Shown here one piece after another: positions 7,861 to 15,761 of a stretch of 24,606 nt of DNA. The stretch is from a virus (taxonomy: Duplodnaviria; Heunggongvirae; Uroviricota; Caudoviricetes), in the IMG/VR virus record IMGVR_UViG_2737471843_000007, one strand, 5' to 3'. The first letter of the stretch is position 1. Each line of letters opens with the position of its first letter. The translations under genes and the position numbers were made by a program. Below the pieces are notes generated by a model that had not been told where the DNA came from, searched no databases, and was given only the letters and a program-made list of their open reading frames with translations.

Positions 7861-8919
7861 TTACGCTCCGGTTTCTGCTGCGGCGGCGCTAAAATCGCCA
7901 ATCTGGATGTTTTCCACCAGTGCAGCGCAGCGATAGTCCTCAACCACATAGGCTTCGTTAACGGATTCAAAGTTTTCAATCCGGTCACGTTTCGGGTTGT
8001 CGATAACTGAACGGCGGCGGGTGTCTTCCTGCCAGTAGATGGACAGGTTATCCAGACGGGTGATCAGCAGTGCATTCGGCGGGAAGAACGGCGCACGCAC
8101 GGCCTGCAGGCCACCCATGCGTTTCTGACTGATGATCATATCGGCAGCCAGTTTTTCACTGTTTTCCTGCTCTTTGTTGACCAGCGGGAAATACTTGTCA
8201 GACAGCAGTTCACGACCGCAAATCACCACCAGATCGTCATCGTCCTGGTAGACCACGTCGATAAGCTCATTGACGGCATCCATCACTACGGCGTCCAGGT
8301 TGGCATATTCGCCACCTTTACCGACTTTCACCGCGCCCGGTGTGGTTTCACCGCCCGTGGTGGTGCTGCCCATGACGTGATCCGGTGCATCCTCACGGAT
8401 TTTCTGCAGCCAACCTTTGTTCACATCCTGCAGCAGCGGGTTTTCGCTACGGTTGGAGGTTTTCGCACGCTTCACGCCGTTAAAGCCGATCATGATGCGG
8501 TCCAGTGCCTGACGTTTCACGATGGCGTTACGGATACGCACCTGGAAATCCTGAAACTTCGCCCACAGGTCCAGCTTCGCGTAGGTCAGCACCGTGTCAA
8601 AGTTGGTCTGTTCGCATTTGTATTCCACATCGACCATCAGCGTCGGATCGACAGGTTCTCGCTCTTTCGCGGTGGTATCAGTGGTTCCGGCAATGGTGCT
8701 GCCAACCCCCAGCCCCAGCAGCTGACCGGACTGCTCAGTCACTGGCGTGACGTTAATCAGCGTCAGGAAAGCAGCGGACTGCTGGATCTGGTCTTCCAGC
8801 GTCTGCTGCACAGACGGCTCTACAGTGAACTTGCTGGACAGTTCTTCAACTGCCACACCGTTCAGACGTGCCAGTTGCTGCAGGTAAGCGTTAAAAGCAA
8901 AGCGGGTATTCTTCTTCAT
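7861..8919 (-). CDS. N: Major capsid protein (P2 gpN-like)
   Basis: The 352-aa ORF aligns along its length with the recalled P2 gpN sequence (TRFAFNAYL; FNGVKRA; LDAVVMDAVNELI; ISQKRMGGLQAVR; YVVEDY). Confidence 0.95.
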   Translation of the reverse strand: MKKNTRFAFNAYLQQLARLNGVAVEELSSKFTVEPSVQQTLEDQIQQSAAFLTLINVTPVTEQSGQLLGLGVGSTIAGTTDTTAKEREPVDPTLMVDVEYKCEQTNFDTVLTYAKLDLWAKFQDFQVRIRNAIVKRQALDRIMIGFNGVKRAKTSNRSENPLLQDVNKGWLQKIREDAPDHVMGSTTTGGETTPGAVKVGKGGEYANLDAVVMDAVNELIDVVYQDDDDLVVICGRELLSDKYFPLVNKEQENSEKLAADMIISQKRMGGLQAVRAPFFPPNALLITRLDNLSIYWQEDTRRRSVIDNPKRDRIENFESVNEAYVVEDYRCAALVENIQIGDFSAAAAETGA

Positions 8920-8935
8920 CAGGTTTTGTGCTCCA

Positions 8936-9769
8936 TCAGCAATTGGTCAGAGTGTCAGCGGGGGCGTTACCGCCTGTTGCACGCTGGCGGTAGTCCTGGC
9001 GGCTGTCTTCATGGCTCAGCTTGTCCACCAGTTCGTTAAAGGCGGCTTGTTGTGCCTGCAGGGCAGTCTCCATCTCAGACAGGCGTTCTTCCTGCTCAGA
9101 CAGGGACTTTTCGGTGCGCGTGCTCAGGTTTTGCTGCTCAGTGGCGACCAGTTCCACGGCCTTATGCACATCAGAGAACCTGGCATCATCGGACTGCTCT
9201 TTTTTGGTGAACAGCGCCGTGACGCGGGCAAACAGGGATGGTTTGTCATCCTGGACTTCTTCCAGTTCGATCACCGTTTCCTCTGCAGCGGTAAAAAGAT
9301 TGGCGGGATTCTGCTTGCGGTTTGCCAACGGGTTATGGGCTGCACTGGCGCTGAATGTCAGCATTTCCGTACCCAGACTGGCTGGATCATCAGTGGCAGC
9401 CAGGCCAACCAGGTAGGCTTTGCCCGTATCAGCGAACTTCGGGCTGACTTCCATAGAGGTGAATAATTTCTGGCCTTTTTTCACCAGCTCCACCAGGGAC
9501 TCCGTTGGCTCAACGTCGGCATACAGCGCCATCTTGCCTGCCAGCGGGCCTTCCGTGATTTCTTCAGCAAACAGCGCCGTCACCTTGCCGTAGCGGTTAA
9601 AGGTGCTGTCCGGCAGATAAGACTTGATGTGCTCAAGGTTAATCAGCGCGGTATACACTGCGGGGTTGTAGCTGGCTGCCATCTGTTCCAGCCATTCACG
9701 CTGGATTTCGCGTCCGTCGGTGGTGGCACCTTCCACCCCGATGCGAAAACGCTTTGCTTTCACTGTCAT
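8936..9769 (-). CDS. O: Capsid scaffolding protein (P2 gpO-like)
   Basis: The 277-aa ORF is divergent from P and directly upstream of N, with a coiled-coil rich C-terminus typical of scaffolds. Confidence 0.9.
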   Translation of the reverse strand: MTVKAKRFRIGVEGATTDGREIQREWLEQMAASYNPAVYTALINLEHIKSYLPDSTFNRYGKVTALFAEEITEGPLAGKMALYADVEPTESLVELVKKGQKLFTSMEVSPKFADTGKAYLVGLAATDDPASLGTEMLTFSASAAHNPLANRKQNPANLFTAAEETVIELEEVQDDKPSLFARVTALFTKKEQSDDARFSDVHKAVELVATEQQNLSTRTEKSLSEQEERLSEMETALQAQQAAFNELVDKLSHEDSRQDYRQRATGGNAPADTLTNC

Positions 9770-9847
9770 GAGCCGTGCTCCGTTAGAAAAAACTTACTGG
9801 AGCCTTATGGTTGCGGTGATGAGGGCAGTGAAACAATGCGCGGTATT

Positions 9848-9865
9848 TGTACCGACAACCACACA
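9848..9865. promoter_or_regulatory. TGT-N12-ACA dyad in the O/P divergent intergenic region, candidate late-activator site (probably serving the O promoter)
   Basis: The sequence TGTaccgacaaccacACA is exactly TGT-N12-ACA. Its centre is about 87 bp from the O ATG, consistent with a -55 site plus a ~30-nt leader. Confidence 0.55.
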
Positions 9866-9911
9866 AACCGCAGGCGGGGAAAGCCTTCATTCAAGACTGT
9901 AGGTTTGTGCC

Positions 9912-11678
9912 ATGAACACCACACTGACACCCGCAGATCTCGATCCCCGTCGGCAGGCCATGCTGCTGTACTTTCAGGGATACCGCGTAGCCCGCATTGC
10001 TGAAATGCTGGGCGAGAAAGTTGCAACCGTTCACAGCTGGAAAAAACGCGACAAGTGGGGTGACTATGGGCCGCTGGATCAGATGCAGCTCACCACCGCC
10101 GCACGCTACTGCCAGCTCATCATGAAGGAGCACAAAGAAGGGAAAGATTTCAAAGAGATTGACCTGCTGGCGCGCCAGTCTGAGCGCCACGCGCGGATCG
10201 GCAAGTTTAACAATGGCGGCAACGAAGCCGACTTAAACCCTAACGTCGCCAACCGCAACAAAGGCCCGCGCCGTCAGCCGGAAAAAAATGTCTTCACCGA
10301 TGAACAGATTGAGAAGCTGGAAGAAATCTTCCATTCCTCCATGTTCAACTACCAGCGCCACTGGTGGGAAGCCGGAAAAACCAACCGCATCCGCAACCTG
10401 CTGAAGTCACGCCAGATCGGCGCGACCTTTTACTTTGCCCGTGAAGCCCTGATTGACGCCCTGCTTACCGGGCGTAACCAGATTTTCCTTTCCGCCAGTA
10501 AGGCACAGGCCCACGTCTTTAAGCAGTACATCATCGACTTCGCCAAAGAAGTGGAGGTGGAGCTGAAAGGCGATCCGATGGTGCTTCCTAACGGGGCCAC
10601 GCTTTACTTCCTCGGCACCAATGCCCGCACGGCCCAGAGTTATCACGGCAACCTGTATCTGGATGAATATTTCTGGATACCGAAATTTCAGGAGCTACGC
10701 AAAGTGGCTTCCGGTATGGCTATTCACAAGAAATGGCGGCAGACCTATTTTTCCACACCATCCAGTCTGACCCACAGTGCTTATCCGTTCTGGTCCGGTG
10801 CGCTGTTCAACCGTGGGCGCAACAAAGCTGACAAGGTGGACATCGACCTGTCCCACAGCAATCTGGCCCCCGGCCTGCTGTGCGCAGACGGGCAATACCG
10901 CCAGATAGTCACCGTGGAAGATGCGGTGCGCGGCGGCTGTAACCTGTTCGACCTCGACCAGTTGCGCATGGAGTACAGCCCGGACGAATACCAGAACCTG
11001 CTGATGTGTGAGTTCGTAGACGATCTCGCGTCCGTGTTCCCGCTCAGCGAGCTGCAGGCGTGCATGGTGGACAGCTGGGAAGTCTGGACCGACTTTCATG
11101 CACTGGCCCTGCGCCCGTTTGGCTGGCGCGAGGTGTGGATCGGTTATGACCCGGCAAAAGGTACGCAGAACGGCGACAGTGCCGGATGCGTGGTGGTGGC
11201 ACCGCCAGCCGTGCCGGGCGGCAAGTTCCGCATTCTTGAGCGTCACCAGTGGCGCGGGATGGACTTTCGCGCCCAAGCTGACGCCATCAAAAAACTGACC
11301 GAACAGTACAACGTGACCTATATCGGCATCGACTCAACCGGCGTTGGTCACGGGGTTTATGAGAACGTGAAAGCGTTCTTTCCTGCCGTCCGGGAGTTTG
11401 TCTACAACCCCAACGTTAAAAACGCCCTGGTACTCAAGGCCTACGACATTATCAGCCACCGCCGTCTGGAGTTTGACGCCGGGCACACCGACATTGCGCA
11501 GTCATTCATGGCAATCCGTCGCGCCACCACCGCCAGTGGCAACCGCCCGACCTATGAAGCCAGCCGCAGCGAAGAAGCCAGCCACGCCGATCTGGCCTGG
11601 GCAACGATGCACGCACTGTTTAACGAACCGCTGCAGGGCGAATCCGCCAATACCAGCAATATTGTGGAGATTTTTTGA
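9912..11678 (+). CDS. P: Terminase large (ATPase) subunit (P2 gpP-like)
   Basis: The 588-aa ORF has ATG at 9912. P2 gpP-like sequence is present throughout, and it is divergent from O as in P2. Confidence 0.95.
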   Translation: MNTTLTPADLDPRRQAMLLYFQGYRVARIAEMLGEKVATVHSWKKRDKWGDYGPLDQMQLTTAARYCQLIMKEHKEGKDFKEIDLLARQSERHARIGKFNNGGNEADLNPNVANRNKGPRRQPEKNVFTDEQIEKLEEIFHSSMFNYQRHWWEAGKTNRIRNLLKSRQIGATFYFAREALIDALLTGRNQIFLSASKAQAHVFKQYIIDFAKEVEVELKGDPMVLPNGATLYFLGTNARTAQSYHGNLYLDEYFWIPKFQELRKVASGMAIHKKWRQTYFSTPSSLTHSAYPFWSGALFNRGRNKADKVDIDLSHSNLAPGLLCADGQYRQIVTVEDAVRGGCNLFDLDQLRMEYSPDEYQNLLMCEFVDDLASVFPLSELQACMVDSWEVWTDFHALALRPFGWREVWIGYDPAKGTQNGDSAGCVVVAPPAVPGGKFRILERHQWRGMDFRAQADAIKKLTEQYNVTYIGIDSTGVGHGVYENVKAFFPAVREFVYNPNVKNALVLKAYDIISHRRLEFDAGHTDIAQSFMAIRRATTASGNRPTYEASRSEEASHADLAWATMHALFNEPLQGESANTSNIVEIF

Positions 11679-12715
11679 TGGGAAAGAGTAAGAAGAACCG
11701 CGCTGCGGCGACGAACCAGATTCAGCATAAAAGCCAGACTTCAGCCGAAGCATTCAGCTTCGGTGATCCCATTCCAGTACTGGACCGCCGCGAACTGCTG
11801 GACTATGTGGAATGCGTACAGATGGACCGCTGGTATGAGCCGCCCGTCAGCTTTGACGGACTGGCACGAACCTTCCGCGCCGCCGTGCATCACAGTTCCC
11901 CGATTGCAGTAAAGTGCAACATTCTGACCAGTACCTACATCCCTCACCCGCTGCTCAGCCAGCAGGCTTTTTCACGTTTTGTGCAGGACTATCTGGTATT
12001 TGGTAACGCCTACCTGGAGAAACGCACGAACCGCTTCGGTGAAGTTATCGCCCTTGAACCGGCCCTGGCAAAATACACCCGACGCGGGTTAGACCTGGAT
12101 ACCTACTGGTTTGTGCAATACGGTATGACAACACAGCCGTATCAGTTCACGAAAGGCAGCATCTTTCATCTGATGGAACCGGACATTAACCAGGAGATCT
12201 ACGGCCTGCCCGGCTATCTTTCTGCCATTCCGTCAGCCCTGCTCAATGAGTCCGCCACGCTGTTCCGCCGTAAGTATTACATCAACGGCAGCCATGCAGG
12301 CTTCATCATGTACATGACCGACGCCGCGCAGAATCAGGAGGATGTGAACAATCTCCGCAACGCGATGAAAAGCGCCAAAGGTCCAGGCAACTTCCGCAAC
12401 CTGTTTATGTACTCGCCTAACGGCAAAAAGGACGGCCTTCAGATCATCCCTTTGTCAGAAGTTGCGGCGAAGGATGAGTTTCTGAATATCAAAAATGTCA
12501 GCCGCGATGACATGATGGCAGCACATCGCGTTCCGCCACAGATGATGGGGATTATGCCAAATAATGTTGGGGGTTTTGGGGATGTGGAGAAGGCTAGTCT
12601 TGTATTTGTTCGCAATGAATTGATGCCACTACAGAAGCGACTACATGAACTAAACGAATGGGTGGGTGTAGAAGTAATACGTTTTGATGACTATGTTTTA
12701 GGTGTTCAGGAATAA
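11678..12715 (+). CDS. Q: Portal protein (P2 gpQ-like)
   Basis: ATG at 11678 overlaps the P stop (TGATG); the ORF-track start at 11675 is a TTG. Length (~345 aa) matches portal gpQ. Confidence 0.9.
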   Translation: MGKSKKNRAAATNQIQHKSQTSAEAFSFGDPIPVLDRRELLDYVECVQMDRWYEPPVSFDGLARTFRAAVHHSSPIAVKCNILTSTYIPHPLLSQQAFSRFVQDYLVFGNAYLEKRTNRFGEVIALEPALAKYTRRGLDLDTYWFVQYGMTTQPYQFTKGSIFHLMEPDINQEIYGLPGYLSAIPSALLNESATLFRRKYYINGSHAGFIMYMTDAAQNQEDVNNLRNAMKSAKGPGNFRNLFMYSPNGKKDGLQIIPLSEVAAKDEFLNIKNVSRDDMMAAHRVPPQMMGIMPNNVGGFGDVEKASLVFVRNELMPLQKRLHELNEWVGVEVIRFDDYVLGVQE

Positions 12716-12720
12716 AAGAA

Positions 12721-12744
12721 AAGGCGCTAATCTCAGCGCCTTTT
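12721..12744. terminator. Bidirectional Rho-independent terminator between Q and the convergent cargo cassette
   Basis: Hairpin AAGGCGCT-aatctc-AGCGCCTT is followed by TTTT on the plus strand and preceded by an A-run, giving a U-tract on the minus strand. Confidence 0.6.
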
Positions 12745-12761
12745 ATCTAACTAACCATATA

Positions 12762-13100
12762 TTAACAAACGGCGTATAAACCATCAAATCCAACGGAATG
12801 AACCTTTTTTGATGCTACTTCATTACTACGGCGTTGGATCACTTTTGCAATACTTTTTAAAATTGAAGGGGGTGCATTGCGAACCTTAACTTGACTCAAA
12901 ACTTTGGTTACACCGAATTTCACTACCAAAACACCAAAGATTTCATCAGAGTATGATTCTGAAATTGAATAAACACCGCTCAGATCTAAATCTACGGTAT
13001 ACCCTTCTTTAATGAACCCTTCAATCTTGTGTCGTTGGGGGATAGCCTGATTGCGCGAAGCCAGGTCACCCTCGGGTAACTTGTATGCGATTTTGTTCAT
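12762..13100 (-). CDS. Small STAS-like protein (DUF4325-like / anti-sigma-antagonist-like fold suspected); second gene of a two-gene cargo cassette
   Basis: The 112-aa ORF has a strong SD (AGGAGGAG). Its ATG overlaps the upstream stop (TAATG). The motif VDLDLSGVYSISESYSDEIFGVLVVKFG resembles STAS-like domains from memory; the region is AT-rich. Confidence 0.55.
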   Translation of the reverse strand: MNKIAYKLPEGDLASRNQAIPQRHKIEGFIKEGYTVDLDLSGVYSISESYSDEIFGVLVVKFGVTKVLSQVKVRNAPPSILKSIAKVIQRRSNEVASKKVHSVGFDGLYAVC

Positions 13101-14074
13101 TACTCTCCTCCTAACGCCCGCATTATTTCCATAAGCTGAGGGTCATTTTCTTCGCTATCTTTATCGACTGCCAGTTCATGAATCTTAAAACGGCAAGAAA
13201 TTGCTACACCCGGCCATTCAGTACGTAATTCAGTATAGCTCACTTCATCACCTATTGCTTCTAAGCATACATTTCCTGAAGCCAGTTGCAATTCCCCATT
13301 ATATGTTTTTATCAATTTCATCAAGTGATACAACCCAAGCCCTTGATGATTATTATCTTTTTCTTTGACCGAAACCCCGTGGCCAAACACACTACCCCCA
13401 ATAAAGTCCTGGGGAAGCTGCTGTGCCCAATCATCCTGCAAATCAGCATGCTTAGATGAATGTCCCTCTTGAATACACCATGCGATCGCATCCTGGTGAG
13501 TCTCAATTCCGGGTATACCAGCTCGCCGCAATTCTCGGAGAAATCCTAACCCACAGTCCGCCAAAGAAAATTCTAAATAGTGCTCTTTTTTTTGAGTGTG
13601 GGGTACAGCCGAACGTTGTGCAAAAGAAAAACCCGTTGATTTTCCATGCGACCAAACGTTATCGTGAAGCTCACCTATAACATGGGTTAGATCTGTAAGT
13701 CCCTTGGGACAATCTCTCGGATCACGATCAGGGAATGTTAACTGCCTTACACAACTGTTAATACTACCAGTGGCAACGTCAACAGCTTCAACATTGGTTA
13801 ATGCTGTAACCAAACTGTAATTTCTTCCAACATTTACACGTTCCTGTTGATACTGATCCTCTCCCCATAAAGCACCATGTAAATTGATAGCTCGCATATA
13901 GCCAGGGCATGACAAAACACAGTTATCTTCGGTAATTTTGTGATGATTCACGTAAGCTGCTAAGACAGTGATAAAACCAGGATGCCAATGATTGTTTGGC
14001 AATTGCAATTCATTAGTTTCCTTTTGATGAAACGCAGCGGTATGCACAATAGCGTCTTTTAATCCTAACCCCAT
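13100..14074 (-). CDS. GHKL (histidine-kinase-like, Bergerat fold) ATPase-domain protein; first gene of the cargo cassette
   Basis: The 324-aa ORF carries, in correct order, an N-box-like GELHDNVWSHG, a G1-box LADCGLGF (DxGxG) and a G2-box HQGLGLYHL (GxGxG). It is AT-rich and translationally coupled to the downstream small gene. Confidence 0.6.
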   Translation of the reverse strand: MGLGLKDAIVHTAAFHQKETNELQLPNNHWHPGFITVLAAYVNHHKITEDNCVLSCPGYMRAINLHGALWGEDQYQQERVNVGRNYSLVTALTNVEAVDVATGSINSCVRQLTFPDRDPRDCPKGLTDLTHVIGELHDNVWSHGKSTGFSFAQRSAVPHTQKKEHYLEFSLADCGLGFLRELRRAGIPGIETHQDAIAWCIQEGHSSKHADLQDDWAQQLPQDFIGGSVFGHGVSVKEKDNNHQGLGLYHLMKLIKTYNGELQLASGNVCLEAIGDEVSYTELRTEWPGVAISCRFKIHELAVDKDSEENDPQLMEIMRALGGE

Positions 14075-14103
14075 GAACCGAACCTTTTTTATGCATTTTT
14101 CTT

Positions 14104-14132
14104 ATCATATAACTTAGGACTGATCAGCGCAA
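14104..14132 (-). promoter_or_regulatory. Candidate sigma70 promoter for the GHKL/STAS cassette
   Basis: On the minus strand: TTGCGC, 17-nt spacer, TATGAT, about 25 nt upstream of the ATG at 14074. Confidence 0.35.
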
Positions 14133-14192
14133 AGCTCCCGACACTATTGAATCATACTAAATTAAGGCCTATACCACACAGCACAGCGCGCG

Positions 14193-14211
14193 CTCGTATC
14201 CCCGCCACGCC
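14193..14211. other. Candidate cos site (cohesive-end sequence of the P2/186 family)
   Basis: The minus strand reads GGCGTGGCGGGGATACGAG. The first 13 nt match the cohesive-end sequence of P2/186 as I recall it (GGCG[A/T]GGCGGGGA...). It lies between the early region and the late region, as expected. Confidence 0.5.
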
Positions 14212-14255
14212 TGCCCGCTTTATGTAGTGGTTTTCATGCACCTGCATGATCTACG

Positions 14256-14280
14256 CAAAAGCCCGCCAGAACTGGCGGGC
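14256..14280 (-). terminator. Rho-independent terminator ending the minus-strand early/cargo transcript before cos
   Basis: Perfect inverted repeat GCCCGCCAG-aa-CTGGCGGGC, followed on the minus strand by TTTTG. Confidence 0.55.
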
Positions 14281-14384
14281 CTTAACACAAAAGATCCTCA
14301 AACGATCATGCGATCTCATGCAGCATAGACATGCGCGTTTATGCAGAATGTGCAAAATCGTAACATACTCAGTAAGCGTGAAAC

Positions 14385-15062
14385 CTAGAACGTGACAGCC
14401 TTGTCAAAGCCAGAAATAATTGTATAAGAAATAGACGAGTTATCAGCCTTGTTCACTTTGAACTTGGCACCTTTGTAAGCGATAACGTCACTTCCCTTAG
14501 AATCTACAGAAAAATCTGTTGTAAATGCTGCACGAGCCATATCGTTTGCAAATTCACGATAGGTGAACTTCATTACACCGCCTGCATTTCCATTGTATTC
14601 GATAGTCTTAACCAATGAGTTACTAACTCGACACAGCCCATCAGGAACACGTTTGATAGAAATTTCTGATGCAGTATAAGAAGTACCATTTGGCGGTGAT
14701 ATCTCATTTTTTGCAGCATCGTAACTAACATAATCAACATAGTTACCGATTTGCCCATAGAGATTTTTTAACGCAACAGCTTGAGGGTTATGATAATTGC
14801 GGTAAATTCCATTCCCCTCACTGCAATATGTACCAGCAGCGATAGAAGACAATGCACCATTAGCCGCACCAAGTTCTAGTACGTCCGTTTTAAATCCAGT
14901 AGCAGATGTGATAATGGGATCGCCCATGTAGGCGGTAGCACTTTGCCCAATAGCAGGCTTCACCACTTCAATAGCAGTGATATTTCGGTTAGAAGCATGT
15001 GGCACGCAACCAGTTAGGATTACAGCAAGAGATATTGGTAACGCTACATTATTAATTTTCAT
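14385..15062 (-). CDS. Cargo lipoprotein of unknown function (predicted outer-membrane lipoprotein)
   Basis: From the internal Met the protein starts MKINNVALPISLAVILTGC, with lipobox LTGC. The ORF-track start at 15116 would span a hairpin plus T-tract and is rejected. The start coordinate may be off by 1-2 nt. The region is AT-rich. Confidence 0.6.
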   Translation of the reverse strand: MKINNVALPISLAVILTGCVPHASNRNITAIEVVKPAIGQSATAYMGDPIITSATGFKTDVLELGAANGALSSIAAGTYCSEGNGIYRNYHNPQAVALKNLYGQIGNYVDYVSYDAAKNEISPPNGTSYTASEISIKRVPDGLCRVSNSLVKTIEYNGNAGGVMKFTYREFANDMARAAFTTDFSVDSKGSDVIAYKGAKFKVNKADNSSISYTIISGFDKAVTF

Positions 15063-15175
15063 TTTTAGCCTATTATTCTTTTCTTGACAAAAAACAAGGC
15101 GATATCTGATTGACATCGCCTCTCACTCATATGTAACCCTTTTTGATTAGTAAAAACAAGCGTCTATTGACAAAA

Positions 15176-15409
15176 TCAATGCAGCCAGCTGTCGTCTTCC
15201 CACACCTTCTGCATAATTTTCATCACTTGTTTTCTTTCTTCGTCCAGTTGCAGTCCGGTCAGTTCCACACCGTTAGAGCTACCTTTACGGATACGGATTA
15301 CCGTTTTGGGATACAGGGGGCGCAGATTGCGGTAAAGCTCGGATTCAAGGGCGTCCAGGGTAGACTGGCTAATCTTCTGCTCTTTATCGATCATTATTTC
15401 AATGCGCAT
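15176..15409 (-). CDS. DinI-like protein (SOS-associated; possibly the DinI-like part of a Tum-type module)
   Basis: From the internal ATG at 15409, preceded by SD GAGGTGA, the protein MRIEIMIDKEQKISQSTLDALESELYRNLRP...WEDDSWLH resembles E. coli DinI (MRIEVTIAK...). The longer ORF-track N-terminus is rejected. Confidence 0.75.
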   Translation of the reverse strand: MRIEIMIDKEQKISQSTLDALESELYRNLRPLYPKTVIRIRKGSSNGVELTGLQLDEERKQVMKIMQKVWEDDSWLH

Positions 15410-15419
15410 AAAAGTCACC

Positions 15420-15608
15420 TCAACTGATGACATCCATTGAGCGGTTGTATTCGTGGGTTCTGATTTTTGCCATGAGTTCATCAGTCAATTCAGAAACCCA
15501 CTGCAGAGCCAGCCCCTTTTCTTCATCACTACACTCACTAGCCGCTACAAGCTTAAGAAAAAAATCAATGCGCTGGAGCTTCAAAGACTCCAAAAAATAG
15601 TCCTGCAT
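15420..15608 (-). CDS. Small SOS-controlled ORF upstream of the DinI-like gene (Tum-like N-terminal module?)
   Basis: The 62-aa ORF has a strong SD (AGGAGG) 6-8 nt before the ATG and a perfect LexA box ~45 nt upstream. It stops 11 nt before the DinI-like ATG. Confidence 0.5.
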   Translation of the reverse strand: MQDYFLESLKLQRIDFFLKLVAASECSDEEKGLALQWVSELTDELMAKIRTHEYNRSMDVIS

Positions 15609-15651
15609 CTTTCCTCCTATGACACCACAAGCAATACTGTATACATAACCA

Positions 15652-15667
15652 CTGTTTATATTTACAG
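15652..15667. promoter_or_regulatory. LexA box (SOS operator)
   Basis: CTGTttatatttACAG is a perfect CTGT-N8-ACAG. An overlapping half-site box (CTGTatacataaCCAC) lies immediately upstream at 15637-15652. Confidence 0.7.
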
Positions 15668-15761
15668 CATATAATAATCTTACTGATGTAAAACGTTTTT
15701 TTACGCTTATCAGCCTGATATGCCTGGTATTATTAAGAGCACGAATTGTTAACCAGCGTAA

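Noticed and set aside
8377-9466. Plus-strand ORFs 8377-9039, 9011-9466 and 9021-9416
   Set aside because: They are antisense to the strongly supported capsid (N) and scaffold (O) genes, with His/Gln/Arg/Cys-rich junk translations.
10695-11276. Minus-strand ORF of 193 aa inside the terminase gene P
   Set aside because: It is antisense to a strongly supported conserved gene and is a GC-rich frame artefact.
14385-15116. Long form of the lipoprotein ORF starting at 15116
   Set aside because: The extension (MSIRYRLVFCQEKNNRLK) would place the signal peptide internally and spans a hairpin plus T-tract. The Met preceding the lipobox is the sensible start.
15176-15481. Long form of the DinI-like ORF, and the idea that it is a frameshifted fusion with the 62-aa ORF
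   Set aside because: The DinI-like ATG at 15409 has its own good SD and the upstream ORF ends cleanly 11 nt before it. Two genes explain the sequence without invoking a frameshift, though a split tum is kept as a possibility in the findings.
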